Of a stretch of DNA of 32,000 nt, positions 9,901 through 21,900 are shown in pieces. The stretch lies in NCBI GenBank assembly GCA_001275005.1, contig JWZX01003258.1, positions 7,533-39,532 of the forward strand, in the 5' to 3' direction. The DNA is from Chrysochromulina tobinii. Its lineage: Eukaryota. Each line of letters begins with the position of its first letter. The first letter of the stretch is position 1. The notes beneath the pieces are model-generated. The model did no database searches. It saw only the letters and a list, made by a program, of their open reading frames with translations, and was not told the DNA's origin. The position numbers and the translations under genes were made by a program.

Positions 9901-12900
9901 ACAAGCAAGCTCAGTCGCTCGCGTGAGACCTTCTGAGCGAGCGCTAGCACAAGCCCCAGCTCGCGGATCTCATGCGACGCCCGCGTCGTGTGTTGACGAA
10001 GCAGCACGGCCACCGTGCTCGGGGCACGTGCTGTCACAAAGGCTGAGCCGCACTTAGTTGAACCAACGACGAGAACGGCGACGACGGGAGGCAGAGGCGT
10101 ACGCTCAGAGTCTATCGTCCAGCACGCAGTGTATGTAGCCGATGCACCGGCTCCTACAGTACGCTGCTTGCCAAATCTATCGCCAGAGTCACCAAGCCAT
10201 GGGAATGCGCGGCGTCGATATGAAATTCGGTTCCACGCCCTGTCATCAGCTCCGGAGCCATGACGAGCCAGGACTGCGCTTGCAATCGTTCCAGTGAGTC
10301 CAAATGCACTCACCATAGCGACCCCCTCGGTACAAAGGGGCCCAGCTTGCACTGGCAAACACACGGCTTGGCTCAGGACTGCAGCCACGTGAGAGCTCAC
10401 TACACGGAGCTGTGCGTTTGGAAACGTCGTCCTCGTGCCGAGTGTAAGGGCAGCTCGCAAAAGCCCCGGGAGTCCAGACGCACCCTCCGTGTGCCCTGTG
10501 GTGGCCTTGAGCGATCCGACGGATACACAACCTCGGCCAGCCACAGCGGCACTGTACGAGCGCATTTCTATGGGGTCGCCGAGCTTGGTGCCCGTCCCAT
10601 GTGCCTCGTACCAGCCTGGCCCGTTGATGCCAACCGAAGCCGCGCTCATTACGGCATTGAACAAACCAAGTTGTGCAGGCCCATTGGGCGCCGTGAGGCT
10701 TGCGCTACGTCCATCCTGCCGAACCATGGCCCCACTCACGCTCGTTTGCACCTCGGCATCTTCGAGGAGCACGGTCGAGCATGCCTCGCCCCTTCCCATG
10801 CCATCCGCTCGCTGGTCGAAGGTGAAACAGCGGCCAGACAGAGAGATCATGCCAGCTCGGGCGAAGGCGATCGTCACACTTGGCACGAGGATGAGGTTCA
10901 GACCCGAAGCGAGAGCTCCGGAGCACTCCTGTCGCTGCAAGGCGGACAGTGCAGAATGCACGGCAACCAAGGCCGACGCACACGCGGTGTTGTTCGCCAC
11001 GCACGGCCCTTGCAAACCAAGCACGTATGACACCCGACCTGCAGCAATTGGCAGCCCGCTAGATGTGACTTCAAAAGCGCTCACGGGAAGTGAGGCCAAG
11101 ACGTCAACGAAGTCGAGCTTATCTATGCCAACAAAGACGCCGATATCACGGTGCGACGCCACGCAGTGTGAGCTCTCGCTCCGCGAGAAAGCCTCATATG
11201 CCCGTTCGAGGTGCAGGCGCTGAATAGGATCCATGAGCGTTGCCTCGGCAGCAGAAATTTTAAAGGCTGAGTTATCGAAGAGCGTGATGGAGCCAAGCAA
11301 GCCCACCGGAAAGCCATCAGACTGCTCTGGTCGTGTTGGGGGTGGGTATGAGATCGAATCGACACCGCCGGCGCTTTGCATCCACAATGCATCTCGGGAG
11401 GCAGCGCCCCCAGGAAGAGCTGAGCTCACACCGCGCACCCCGGCGACGGTTGAGGATCGAGGGCTAGAAACTCTAGACGGTGCCATGATGGGCTCTGCAT
11501 GGGTCTGCTGCGGGACTAGATACTCGAATAGCGTACGCACGGTAGGATAATCGATTGCAAGAGTGGGCGGGAGGCTGCGTTCGGTCCCCACAGCACGTTG
11601 CAGCTCATTGCGAAGATGCACGACGGCGAGGGAATCCATTCCGCCTTCCATGAGAGGTGTATCAGGTTCAATCGCAGCGCTCGTGCTGTTCATGACCATT
11701 TGAAGAATGCTCTGAAGGCTCAATGCTGGCATTCTCGTCACCGACTCCGACCTTAAGACGGGGAGCAAAGGAAGGGGGGCTCTGTGCAGTGCAGTGAGCG
11801 AGTGAAGGTATCCACTGCGGTGGGATGCGATGACTGTAGACCAGTGAGCCTGGAGCACTGCGACGTTCTCGTTGCAAACGAGCGACCGTGCGAGGACGGT
11901 GCAGACGAGCGCGTGATCGATGAGTTCCAGACCGTTCAGGCGGCTGAGAGAGCCAAACGAAGTGTCCTTCTGATCGCCGGCCGTCGTCGCCAAGGCACCC
12001 CACGCGATGCTAGTGCTCTTGAGCCCCTCACCTCTTCTGAAGGTGGCGAGAGAGGCTATGGCGCTGTTCGCCGCAGCGTAGGGTGCCTGATGCTTCGAGT
12101 AAAAGTCCAACACGCTCGCAGCAGACCCACAGAGGCCGAAATCATCCAGCTTGGTGCCTCGCAACGCCGCGTGCAGTGTTTGAGCCGCATGAACTTTGGG
12201 GCCGTACATGGCTTGGAGAGCGTTTGATTGCCACGCTCCTAGCTGGCCCGAGGAAAACGCGGAGGCGAGATGAGTGACTCCATTCAGCCGTTTGGACGGA
12301 GACATGAGTTGAATCAGAGATGTGCGAAGGTTCGTGTCGTCTGCGACGTCGCACGCCGTGACTCGCACGGCGCGGCACCTGCCCATCCACAGGGCAGCAC
12401 CGGTTGTGTCACACAATCGGCCCGATCGAGACATGAGCACCAGGCTGCTTGGCGCCACCGTGTCCCAAATCACTCGTGCAGCGATCAGGCCAAGACCGCC
12501 CAACCCGCCCGTGATGACACGAATCCCTCCGCGAGTTGCACGGGCGTCTGCAGCTATGTGGGCCGCGGAAGCTTCTGCTACGATGACCGCATGGCCCCGG
12601 AGAGCGCCGCCGCCTTGCATGCAGTGGCTTTGACGAAATCCTATGTCCCTGAGAAGCCCTTCCCACTGCCTCCAATTGAGCATGGGGCTGGATTGACCAA
12701 GCCGTTCCGGGTCTCGGCTTTCGTGGAAAAGCCACCAGCCGTCTGTCAGTCCGAACGTCATCTGCGTGAACGCATCGGTCGTGAGAGCCTCGTTCACGAC
12801 CATCAATCCCGCCGGCCGGAGGAGTTGGTGGCAGTGGCAGAGTGTGGTGCGGATGAGAGGCGTGGCATGGAGACAGTTGGTGGCGATCAGCAAGTCGAAT

Positions 12901-15900
12901 TGAGCGCTAGCAAAGCCCTGCCGGCGTGGGTCTGCATCGATGTTGAGCAAGGAGTACTGGACAAAGGAGAAGGCTGCAAAGCGAGTTTGCGCCTGGACCA
13001 AGAACACGCGAGAGACGTCCGTGAACACGTAGCGCTCGCAGCGGCCATTGAGGATAGGCAAGAGGACAGATGTAGTGCCGCCCGTCCCGGCGCCCACCTC
13101 CAGCGCCACCATCGGCTGCGGCCTTGGTTGGCGTTTGAGGACGGCCTGCAGCACAGCCTGCATGCAGCCATTGTAAAACTGGCTGATCGTCGCGTCCTCG
13201 TACACGGGCCTCAACATCTCCATCGATCCACCGGGGAAGAGCAACTCCTGATACGGGATCGTGCAGTTCAACGCGTCGACGAGGCGTTCACCGCAATGGA
13301 CGGCCAAAGCAAGCTCAGCCGATCCTTCTTCCTTGGCGGCTGCAAGGGCGCGAGCCTTGGATAACATGGACGTTGGATGCTGCGTGGCAAGCCACGCGCG
13401 CAGCAAGCGGTGATGCCACAGAGGCGAGTCGAGCCTCAGGCTACTACTCATTGCGTCCGAGATGTACTGGTTACAGAGGGCGATCAGCATCGAATACGAG
13501 CGCATCAGCTGCTGCAAGTCTATCTTTGCCGCCGAGGCGGTGACGTGTGCGATCAACTCCTGCCTCAGGCTGTTCAGCCCCACTAGCGTGCACCTTGGGA
13601 ACTCGGACAGGTGCACAAGCCGGGGAACGTGCATCGTACCCGAAGCGAAGCAAGCCTCGGGTTCGAACGAGAACGCCTGCTTCAGTCCGTCGATGTGGCC
13701 TCCGGGCAGCTGCAGGTGCTCGTAGCCCGCGAGAGGCATCGCTTGTTGGAGAGGAGCATCCAGGCACCCGAGGCGCAAGCTCGCAAGCTCCGCTCGGGCA
13801 GACCGCGCCAGACCCCACAGGCCAGCATGTGTGCTCCTCGAGCATTCGAGCTGAGTTCCGAGGGTGCATAGCCATAGAGGGGGTGCATGCTGATTCGTTT
13901 GGAACACTTGCAGCAACGAAAGCACACATTCGAGCAGCCCAAGATCGTGAACAGCCAACGCGGAGCGCGGGGCATAGAGCAGGCATGCATCACACGCAGA
14001 TGCGTTGGCGAGCCTATTGGGATGCGTAGGCAGCGCGTTGGACGGCCCTATTACGAGAATCGACGCCCCGACAGGTTTCAGCTCGGCAAGCTCGGATGCG
14101 CAGCTCCATTGCATGCTATAGAGCCATGGTAGCCTGTCTTTGCTCCCGGAAGACTCCTGGAGGATGGCGGCCTCGCGCTCGGACGTCTGGCTGCATGGAA
14201 ACGCTCGCCTTCGGAAGGTGAGATGAACCGGCCTCTGACCAGGTGGGGGCATGCTGCCAAAGAGTACGGCATGCGCGATGGTGCCGCTGTATCCAAAGGA
14301 GCTCACACACCCGAGACATCGATCGTGCATGCCCCAAAGTGCTGCAAGGTGCGTGCCGTATGCATCCCTCGGATTCGTCACATTTCGGACGTGAGGATTC
14401 ATGACACGTAGATGACTGTTCGGCGCTGTGATTCGGCTGCACAAACTCTGAAGAACAGACAGCAAGCCTGCTAGCCCGGCTGCAATTTCGGTGTGACCAA
14501 GGCAGGCTTTCACACCGCCGATGGCAACCCGACGCGCCCCAATTACCGCCAAAGATTTGGCCTCGACCGGATCACCCAAGGCTGTGCCTGTGCCATGCGC
14601 TTCGTGAGCGACCAGGCCATCTGCAGAGGAGGCGTCAGCTTCGGCATGGGCCGTATGTATCAGTTCGTACTGCGCCTGACCATTCGGCGCCGTGAGGCTC
14701 GCAGAGCGTCCATCCTGACGAACGGTGCTCCCACCCACCGTGCTCCCTCCCACGCCGACCAGCCCAGAACTAGACTGCAATACAATGGCGCTGCACGCTT
14801 CACCTCGCACGTATCCATCCGCTCGCACATCAAAGGTGTGACAGCGCCCAAGAGCCGAGGTCATCCCCGCCAGAGCTAAGCTCCATGAAGCAATCGGTGT
14901 GAGCATGAGGTTGACTGCTGCGGATACGGCTGCATGGCATTCGGACTGCTGGATGGTGCGCACTGCAGCGTGCGTGGCGACCAGAGCAGTCGAGCATGCG
15001 GTATCGTAGGAGATGCAAGGGCCATGCAGGTCCAGCACGTACGAGATCCGGCCAGATGCGATGGAAGCGTCTGCTCCGGTGGCTGTGTACGCGTTCCCCG
15101 GGCGCGTGGCAAGCATGAAGGCGAATTCGAAGGCCGTGAGACCCACAAAGACGCCTGTGAGATTGGCGCGATCGGAGCGTCTCGGGCCTACAACCTCGGC
15201 AGCGTGTAGCGCAGCATACGCTTGCTCAAGGAGAAGACGCTGCTGTGGATCCATGGCCACAGCTTCGGCGGCTGCCACGTTGAACATGGACGCGTCGAAG
15301 AGGTCGTGTCCGCACAGGAAGCCACCGTAACGCACACGGCTGCCCACTGCCTCCGACCCTTCTCGAAAGGGATGGTCATCATCCCACCGATTTGGTGGCA
15401 CTTCGCAAATCACGTCGCAGCTTTGAGACAGCATACGCAAAGCGCCGCTACCAGTACCCGGAAAGCGGTGGTTGGCAGACGCGATGGCAACGGGCCCCAA
15501 AGGCACGGGCGCAGCCACTCTGGCCCGAGTCGTTGGCGCTGCGTTTGGTGCACTGCGTCCACTCACGCAGCCCGCGAGATACTCGGAGAGAAGCCGCGTC
15601 GTTGGGGCTTCAAACAGCAGTGTGGCGGGCAACGACAATTTGAAAAGGTCTGCCAGCTGGGAGACAAGAACCACAGACTGCAACGAGTTGAGACCGGCAT
15701 CCATGAGCGGCGCATCGAGGGCAACATCAGAGGCTAGATGGCGCCGAAGCTGCTCTGAGACCGTCTGGACGATGGTGCCGCCGAGGCCGTCTATCTCCTC
15801 TCGAGCGGCCACTAGTGGCGCAGGCTGTGAGGTCTTCACGATGGGTGCCGGCAACTTGTTCCGGTCGATCTTGTCACTTGCAGTGCGCGGCCATGCATTG

Positions 15901-18900
15901 AGACCGATGATCAGACTGGGCAGCATATATACCGGCAGTGTCTGGCGCAAACCCTCGAGAGCTGGAACTTGGCTCAGGGGCTGTGCTTCATCGCCGCCTA
16001 CTATCTCCTTCGGGGTCACGTATGCAATGAGGCTCGGCTCGATGCCTTCGGTCCAGAGCTGCACCACCGCCTCGTGCACTCCAGGCTGCGCACGCAGAGC
16101 GTGCTCAATCTCGCCGAGCTCGATACGCTGGCCGCGCAACTTGACCTGGAAATCCATTCGGCCACCAAACTCAAGTTCGCCATTGGCGCACCAGCGAGCT
16201 CTATCTCCGGTGCGATAGACGATCCCGCGCCCGGAGGGATCTGCATGAGCCCACGGGTTGATGATGAATCGCTCGGCGGTGAGCTCGGGTTGGTTGAGGT
16301 AGCCTCGCGCCACTTGCACGCCCCCCAGCCAGAGCTCACCGTACACACCGATGGGCACGAGGCGGCGTGTCTCGAGATCAACGACGAAGCACGTGACATT
16401 GGGTAGTGGGGAGCCGATGAGAGACAGCCGCGCAGGGCTGTCTCTCGAGACGATGCTCCGCGTTGCCCAGATGGCTGCCTCTGTCGGCCCGTAGTAGTTA
16501 TACAAAGTCGCGTGCTTGGGCACGGAATCCACAGCCGGCTGCGTGAGTGCTTCCCCCCCCACCTGAACGTGCTCCACAGATGGAGGAAGGCGTGAGACGG
16601 CGAGGATGGACGGCACCGCCGCAAGATGCGTCCAATGCTCTCCCCGGGTCGGCGTGGCAAGTTGCGACCCATCGGCGAGGAGACGGCAGGTCCCACGGAA
16701 CACAGCGAGCGAGCTGAAGATGTTGTACACGGAGACATCGAAGGTGTATGGCGTAGGCATTCCAAAGATCGCATTCTCTGCTGCACCGTAGCGCCGCCGG
16801 GCGCCTAGCAAAAGATTGACGACGCCGGCGTGGGGAACCATGACCCCCTTCGGTCTCCCAGTGCTCCCGGACGTGAACATGATGTACGCTAAATCCGGCT
16901 GCTTTCGCGGCCTTGGCATCTCTGGACCCGTAGTGAGCGGTACGGTACGAGCGTCGTCCAGGCGCAGGATCGCTCCCTCAAACCAGCCTTCAAACTCATG
17001 GACGTAGACCGTCTGCGCCAGGAGATGCTCGCACGTCGCATCGCGTGCCATGTACCTGCGCCTTTCAAGAGGCCACTTGGGATCGAGGGGAAGTAGGCCG
17101 AGCCTGACTTGAGGGCTCCCAAGAGACCCACGATCTGCTCGAGGGATCGATGCAACTGAAGAGCCACAACGCTTCTGGAGGAGCTCTCGTGCGCCCGAAG
17201 CCACGCGGCCACGGCATCCGAGCAGCGGCCGAGCTCCTTATAGGTCATCTTTGCTTCTCCCCACTCGAGCGCCACACGATTGGACGAATAGTCGACGAGG
17301 TCGTGGATTCCCAAGGTCGCTGCTTCGCCAAAGTCGACGGCGGTGGCGTTGAGTTGCGGCAGGACCCGCTCGGCCTCGCCGTCGTCGTATGCTTGGACCT
17401 CCCCTAATTTGGAATCGGGATGGGCTGTCGCTTCTTGTATGAGGTGCAGTAAGAACGCTGCCCATCGCTGCGCAGTCTCTGCCGTGAAGATCGCCGGATC
17501 GTAGATCATCTTGCCTCGAGCCTTGTCGTGGCTGTACAGGAACTCCACCTCGAGATCCAGCTTCACCGTCGGCTCATCAACTGTTGCATCGAGCGCATCA
17601 GCCTCCTGGTCGTTGGTCGCATGAAACATCGTTTGAAAGAGCGGCGAGTAGGCGGCGGACCGCGACGACTTACCGCACGCGTGGATGATACGGTGGAGAG
17701 GGACATGCGCACGCTGAAGGGCTTCGCCCACCTCGTGCTGCACGTAGCGAATCGCCTCGAGTACGGTGCCGTGCTGCCGGTCCAAGCGTACTGGTAACGT
17801 GTTGACAAAGGTACCAACCACGTGCTCGAGATTCTTCGCGTGGCGTAGAGAGTGTGGCACGCCGACAATGACGCTCGTGTCGTCGCTCAGTCGGTGCAAC
17901 AGCTCTGCCCACAAGGTGAGAAGAACTGCGTTGATCGTTGCACCACACGCTCGGCAAAGCGTGGTCACCTGCGCCATGAGGCTCTCGCCGATAAATAGCG
18001 GCACGTGCCTGGCCGACGTCGCTTGTACAAGTGGGCGAGGGAAGTCCGCAGGGAGAGTGAGCAGCTCCGAGACGCCCTGTAGCCTGGACACCCACCAATC
18101 GAGCGCCTCCTGATCGTCTGCCCGAGAGGCCTCGAGCTGGGCAAAGTCCGCGTACTCGTAAGCCAGAGGCGCGAGAGCCGCCGGCGTCTGACCGCGAGCC
18201 AAGGCAAGGCAGTGCTCACGAAGCTCTGAGCGGATCAGGTGCATCGCCACGGCGTCGACGGCCACATGATGCACATTCACGACCAGGAGCGCTGGGTCCA
18301 CGGCCCGGTAGAGTGCACGGATTGGGGGCGCAGCAAAGGGACGGAAGGGAGACCTGAGCTCGGAATGGAGGAGCTCCTCCCATTGAGCCGCATCCGAACA
18401 GACGACGAGCGGAACTACGAAGCCGTCCGACGGCAGCACGATTTGGCACAGGCGGGTAGCTTCGCGATCAGGGCTGATCCCATAACACGTGCGAAGGACT
18501 GCGTGGCGGCGGACGAGGCTCTGAAGTGCCGCCCGGACCAGCGGCTCGGGTTCGTCAATTGTGCCGATGTTCGAGTCACCTAGGGGCACAGCAATGGGCT
18601 CATTGTAGGCGGAGCTCGTGGGGTGAAGCTGCTGATGCAGCAGGAGCTGATGCTGCAGGCTTGAGACGGGGAGTCGGTCCCGCAGAGGAACACCCGCAGC
18701 CAGCTGCAGGGGGGATCCGTGCGAAGCAGCTGCGGGCGCATCGGCACGAAGCGGAATCAGTACACTCTGATGGAGTTCTTCCGTGGCCTGCTGCACGGCG
18801 AGGACGATGCGTTGCACATCGTCGGTCGAGTGGGCGGTGGAGAGGAAGCATGCACGACCTTCTACACAGTAGATGCCCCTGCGGATCAGCCCTTCTGTGA

Positions 18901-21900
18901 ATGCCTTTGAAATGACCTTTGGCACGTTGAAGCGGAAGATCGAGCCGCAGTGATCGATGCGCGGTGCAAACGCACGCAACGCCCACCACGCGTTCAGCTC
19001 TGAAGCCAATCGCGCTGTCGCTGCCTCAAGGCCAGCGTAGATGCCCTCGCCCTCTGCTTCGAGGCGCTGGAGGACGGCATCGACGGCGGCCATTGAGAGA
19101 GGGAACTTGCAAAACGTGCCAGCAAAGTATGTGCGCGTCGCCCGAGGGAAACTATTGTCACCAAACGCCCACGCGCCGCCGTCGACGCCGTCCATGAGGT
19201 ACGCAGAGCCACCGACCGCTCCGACCGGGAAGCCTGATGAGGGAGGCAATCAATGGCCATCATCAGTGGCAATCAGCGGCAATCAGAGGCAATCAGAGGT
19301 TTTCAGGTCGGAGTGCTACCTGCCCCGAGCGCCTTGCCGACTGCTACGAGATCCGCCTGAACCCCAAAGCGCGCCTGGGCTCCACCAAGACCTAGACGCA
19401 GCCCAGTGGTGACCTCATCGAAGATAAGGACGATGCCGTGATGCCGCGTGAGCTCACGGAGCGAGTGCAGAAAGGCTCTCGGGTCACGCTTCAGGTCTCG
19501 ACGAGCCTGCACCGGCTCGACAAAGACGGCTGCGAGGCTGTCGGCGTGCTCAGTGATGTACCGAAGTGACGCCTCGTGATCGTACGCAAGAACCACGAGC
19601 GACGACTCGTCCACAAACGAAGGGGGCACCCCGATGGAAGCTGGGATGCACGATGGCGCCGTCGAGGTATCCGAGGAAGGTCTACCAAGGAACCCATCGA
19701 AGTGCCCGTGGTACGAACCCTCGAAGGTCACTATGCGGCTTCGCTTGCGATGGAGCCTGGCCAGCCGAGCTGCTAATGTGGTCGCCTCCGTGCCCGTGGT
19801 GACGAATGTGACCCGTTCTACATGGAGGAGCTGACAAAGACGACGAGCATTGGTGCCCACAAGCTGATTTTCAAAGCCCAGAGCGTAGGACGAGTTGGTC
19901 AGCATGGACTCGAGGCAATCCTTGAGGAAGCTCGGGTTGTGGCCAAAGAGCAGAGCTCCGCTACCACAGGCAATGTCCACATAGTCCGTGCCGTTCGTGC
20001 CAAGGACATGCGCCCCTTCTGCACGCTCGATGACGACCACCGGATTGTGCTCAATGTAGGGCGATTCCACAGCCGCGCCTTGGGCGGCGGGCGCCGACCT
20101 CCCCAGATCGCCACGTGGCGTGCCCACGCGGCGATCTGGAACGGCTGCCGAGGCGGGCCGCAGGTTGGCCACGTGCTCGTACAGCTCGTCCAGCGACATT
20201 CCATACATCTCGGTGATGGCCGGAACAGCACTTGGGTGCACCAGGCTCCCCAGCGACGTGACGAATTCCGTCCAGCCGAGTGAGTCGATACCGAGGTGTA
20301 TCAGTGGGACGGTCGTGTCGAGCTGGTCACTCCAACTCATGGCCCGCACAAGGCTGATGAGCTGGTCATAAAGGTCAGCTCCGGGAGGGGATCCTCGGCT
20401 CAATTCCTGGCTTGCCGTTGAAGGAGCCACCGAGCGTTGTTGCCATGCGAACACCACACGGCGGTACAAGAGGTGGGTCGGCGGTGGCACGGGAACCCTT
20501 GCGACGAGATGGCCGACCACCGCATGGGCAATCGTGCCACTGTATCCAAATGAGCTCACGCCGCCCATCTCACTCGCAAGTAGCCGCGCCGCTTGCACTG
20601 GCAGCACCCCATCGGCGTAGCCATGCAGACAGGCGTGCACGTGAGGGTTGAGCACACGGAGCTGCGCATTTGGCGCGGCCATCCCTGCCTGCAAGCCGAG
20701 CACCAGTTTCAGCATACCCGTCATCCCTGCAGCAGCCTCCGCATGGCCAACATTGGCTTTGATGCTGCTCGCTGCCAATGGTGCTGATCCCCTGCGACCT
20801 TGAAGCATCGCAGCCACGAGAGCGCCCGCCTCGATGGGATCACCCAGCTCCGTACCTGTGCCATGAGCTTCAACCAAGCTGAGCAAGTCACGTGAGACTC
20901 CGGCACTTGAGCACGAGGCGACAAGAAGCCCTCGCTGCGCCTGCCCGTTAGGTGCCGTGAGGCTTGCCGATCGACCGTCCTGCCGCACTGCACTGCCGTG
21001 CACCTTTACAGACGCGTAACCATCGTCGACATGCTGCAGCGCCACCGCGCCGCACGCCTCGCCCCGGGCATAACCGTCAGCACGCGCATCGAAGGAGTGC
21101 GACCGACCGCGCGCCGATGTCATGCCCGCAATCGCAAAGCTCATGCCCGCGCCTGGAGAAAGCATCAGCATCACTGCAGACACAAGGCCCACGGCACACT
21201 CTTTCAGCTTCAAAGCGCTCAGCGCCGCGTGGCCCGCCACCAGGGCGGCAGAGCAAGCCGTGTCACACGACACGCAAGGGCCGTGCAGCCCTAGCACATA
21301 CGAGAGTCGGCCCGCGGCAATCGAGAGGCTTGCACCGGTGGCTGCATACACGCTCGCACCTGCTGGCGACAGAGCCAGCACCTGGGCAAAGTCAGTCGCC
21401 GAGATCCCCAGGAACACGCCGCTCAAGCTGCCTCCGAGCTTCGCTCGATCGAGGCGTGCATCGTGCAAGGCGGCGTAGCCGTGCTCGAGGAGCAGCCTCT
21501 GCTGCGGATCCATCGCCGCCGCCTCAGCAGCCGAGATGTTGAATGCACGGTGATCAGCAAGCTCACATCCGATCACGAATCCGCCGTATCGCATTCGGCT
21601 TCCAATCGGATCAGGCATCGAGGACGCTGAAGCAACATCCCATCGCCCGACGGGCACCTCTGCGATGGCATCGTGCCCGCAGGTCACAAGGCACCTCGCC
21701 GCACTAAATGACGTCACAGTCTCCGGCATCAATACGCTCGTGCCGCCAACGGCCAAGATTGATGGAGCAAGATCAGCCTGACTCGTTAGTGCATCGGGGC
21801 GTCTCGATTCCGAAGCTTTGGGCCGCAGCACCTCTGCAAGCTGGCGCGCAGTCGGGTGGTCGAAGACGAGCGTACTAGAGAGACGCACATCACCGCCCAC

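Noticed and set aside
16889-17204. Third intron at the C1-A junction
   Set aside because: The conserved reading is continuous across the point with a single missing C and no extra sequence, so a 1-nt indel fits better than an intron.
16889-19249. Treating the four large ORFs as four separate genes
   Set aside because: Boundaries fall inside conserved domains (AMT1, adenylation A2 motif). The listed starts at 29769 and 17204 are internal GTG codons, and the one at 19249 is an ATG inside the intron.
19234-19319. Short tandem repeats (ggcaatcagagg-type) that could be read as a minisatellite or CRISPR-like array
   Set aside because: Units are about 10 bp with no unique spacers, and removing the segment with GT-AG ends restores a conserved aminotransferase motif; an intron explains it better.
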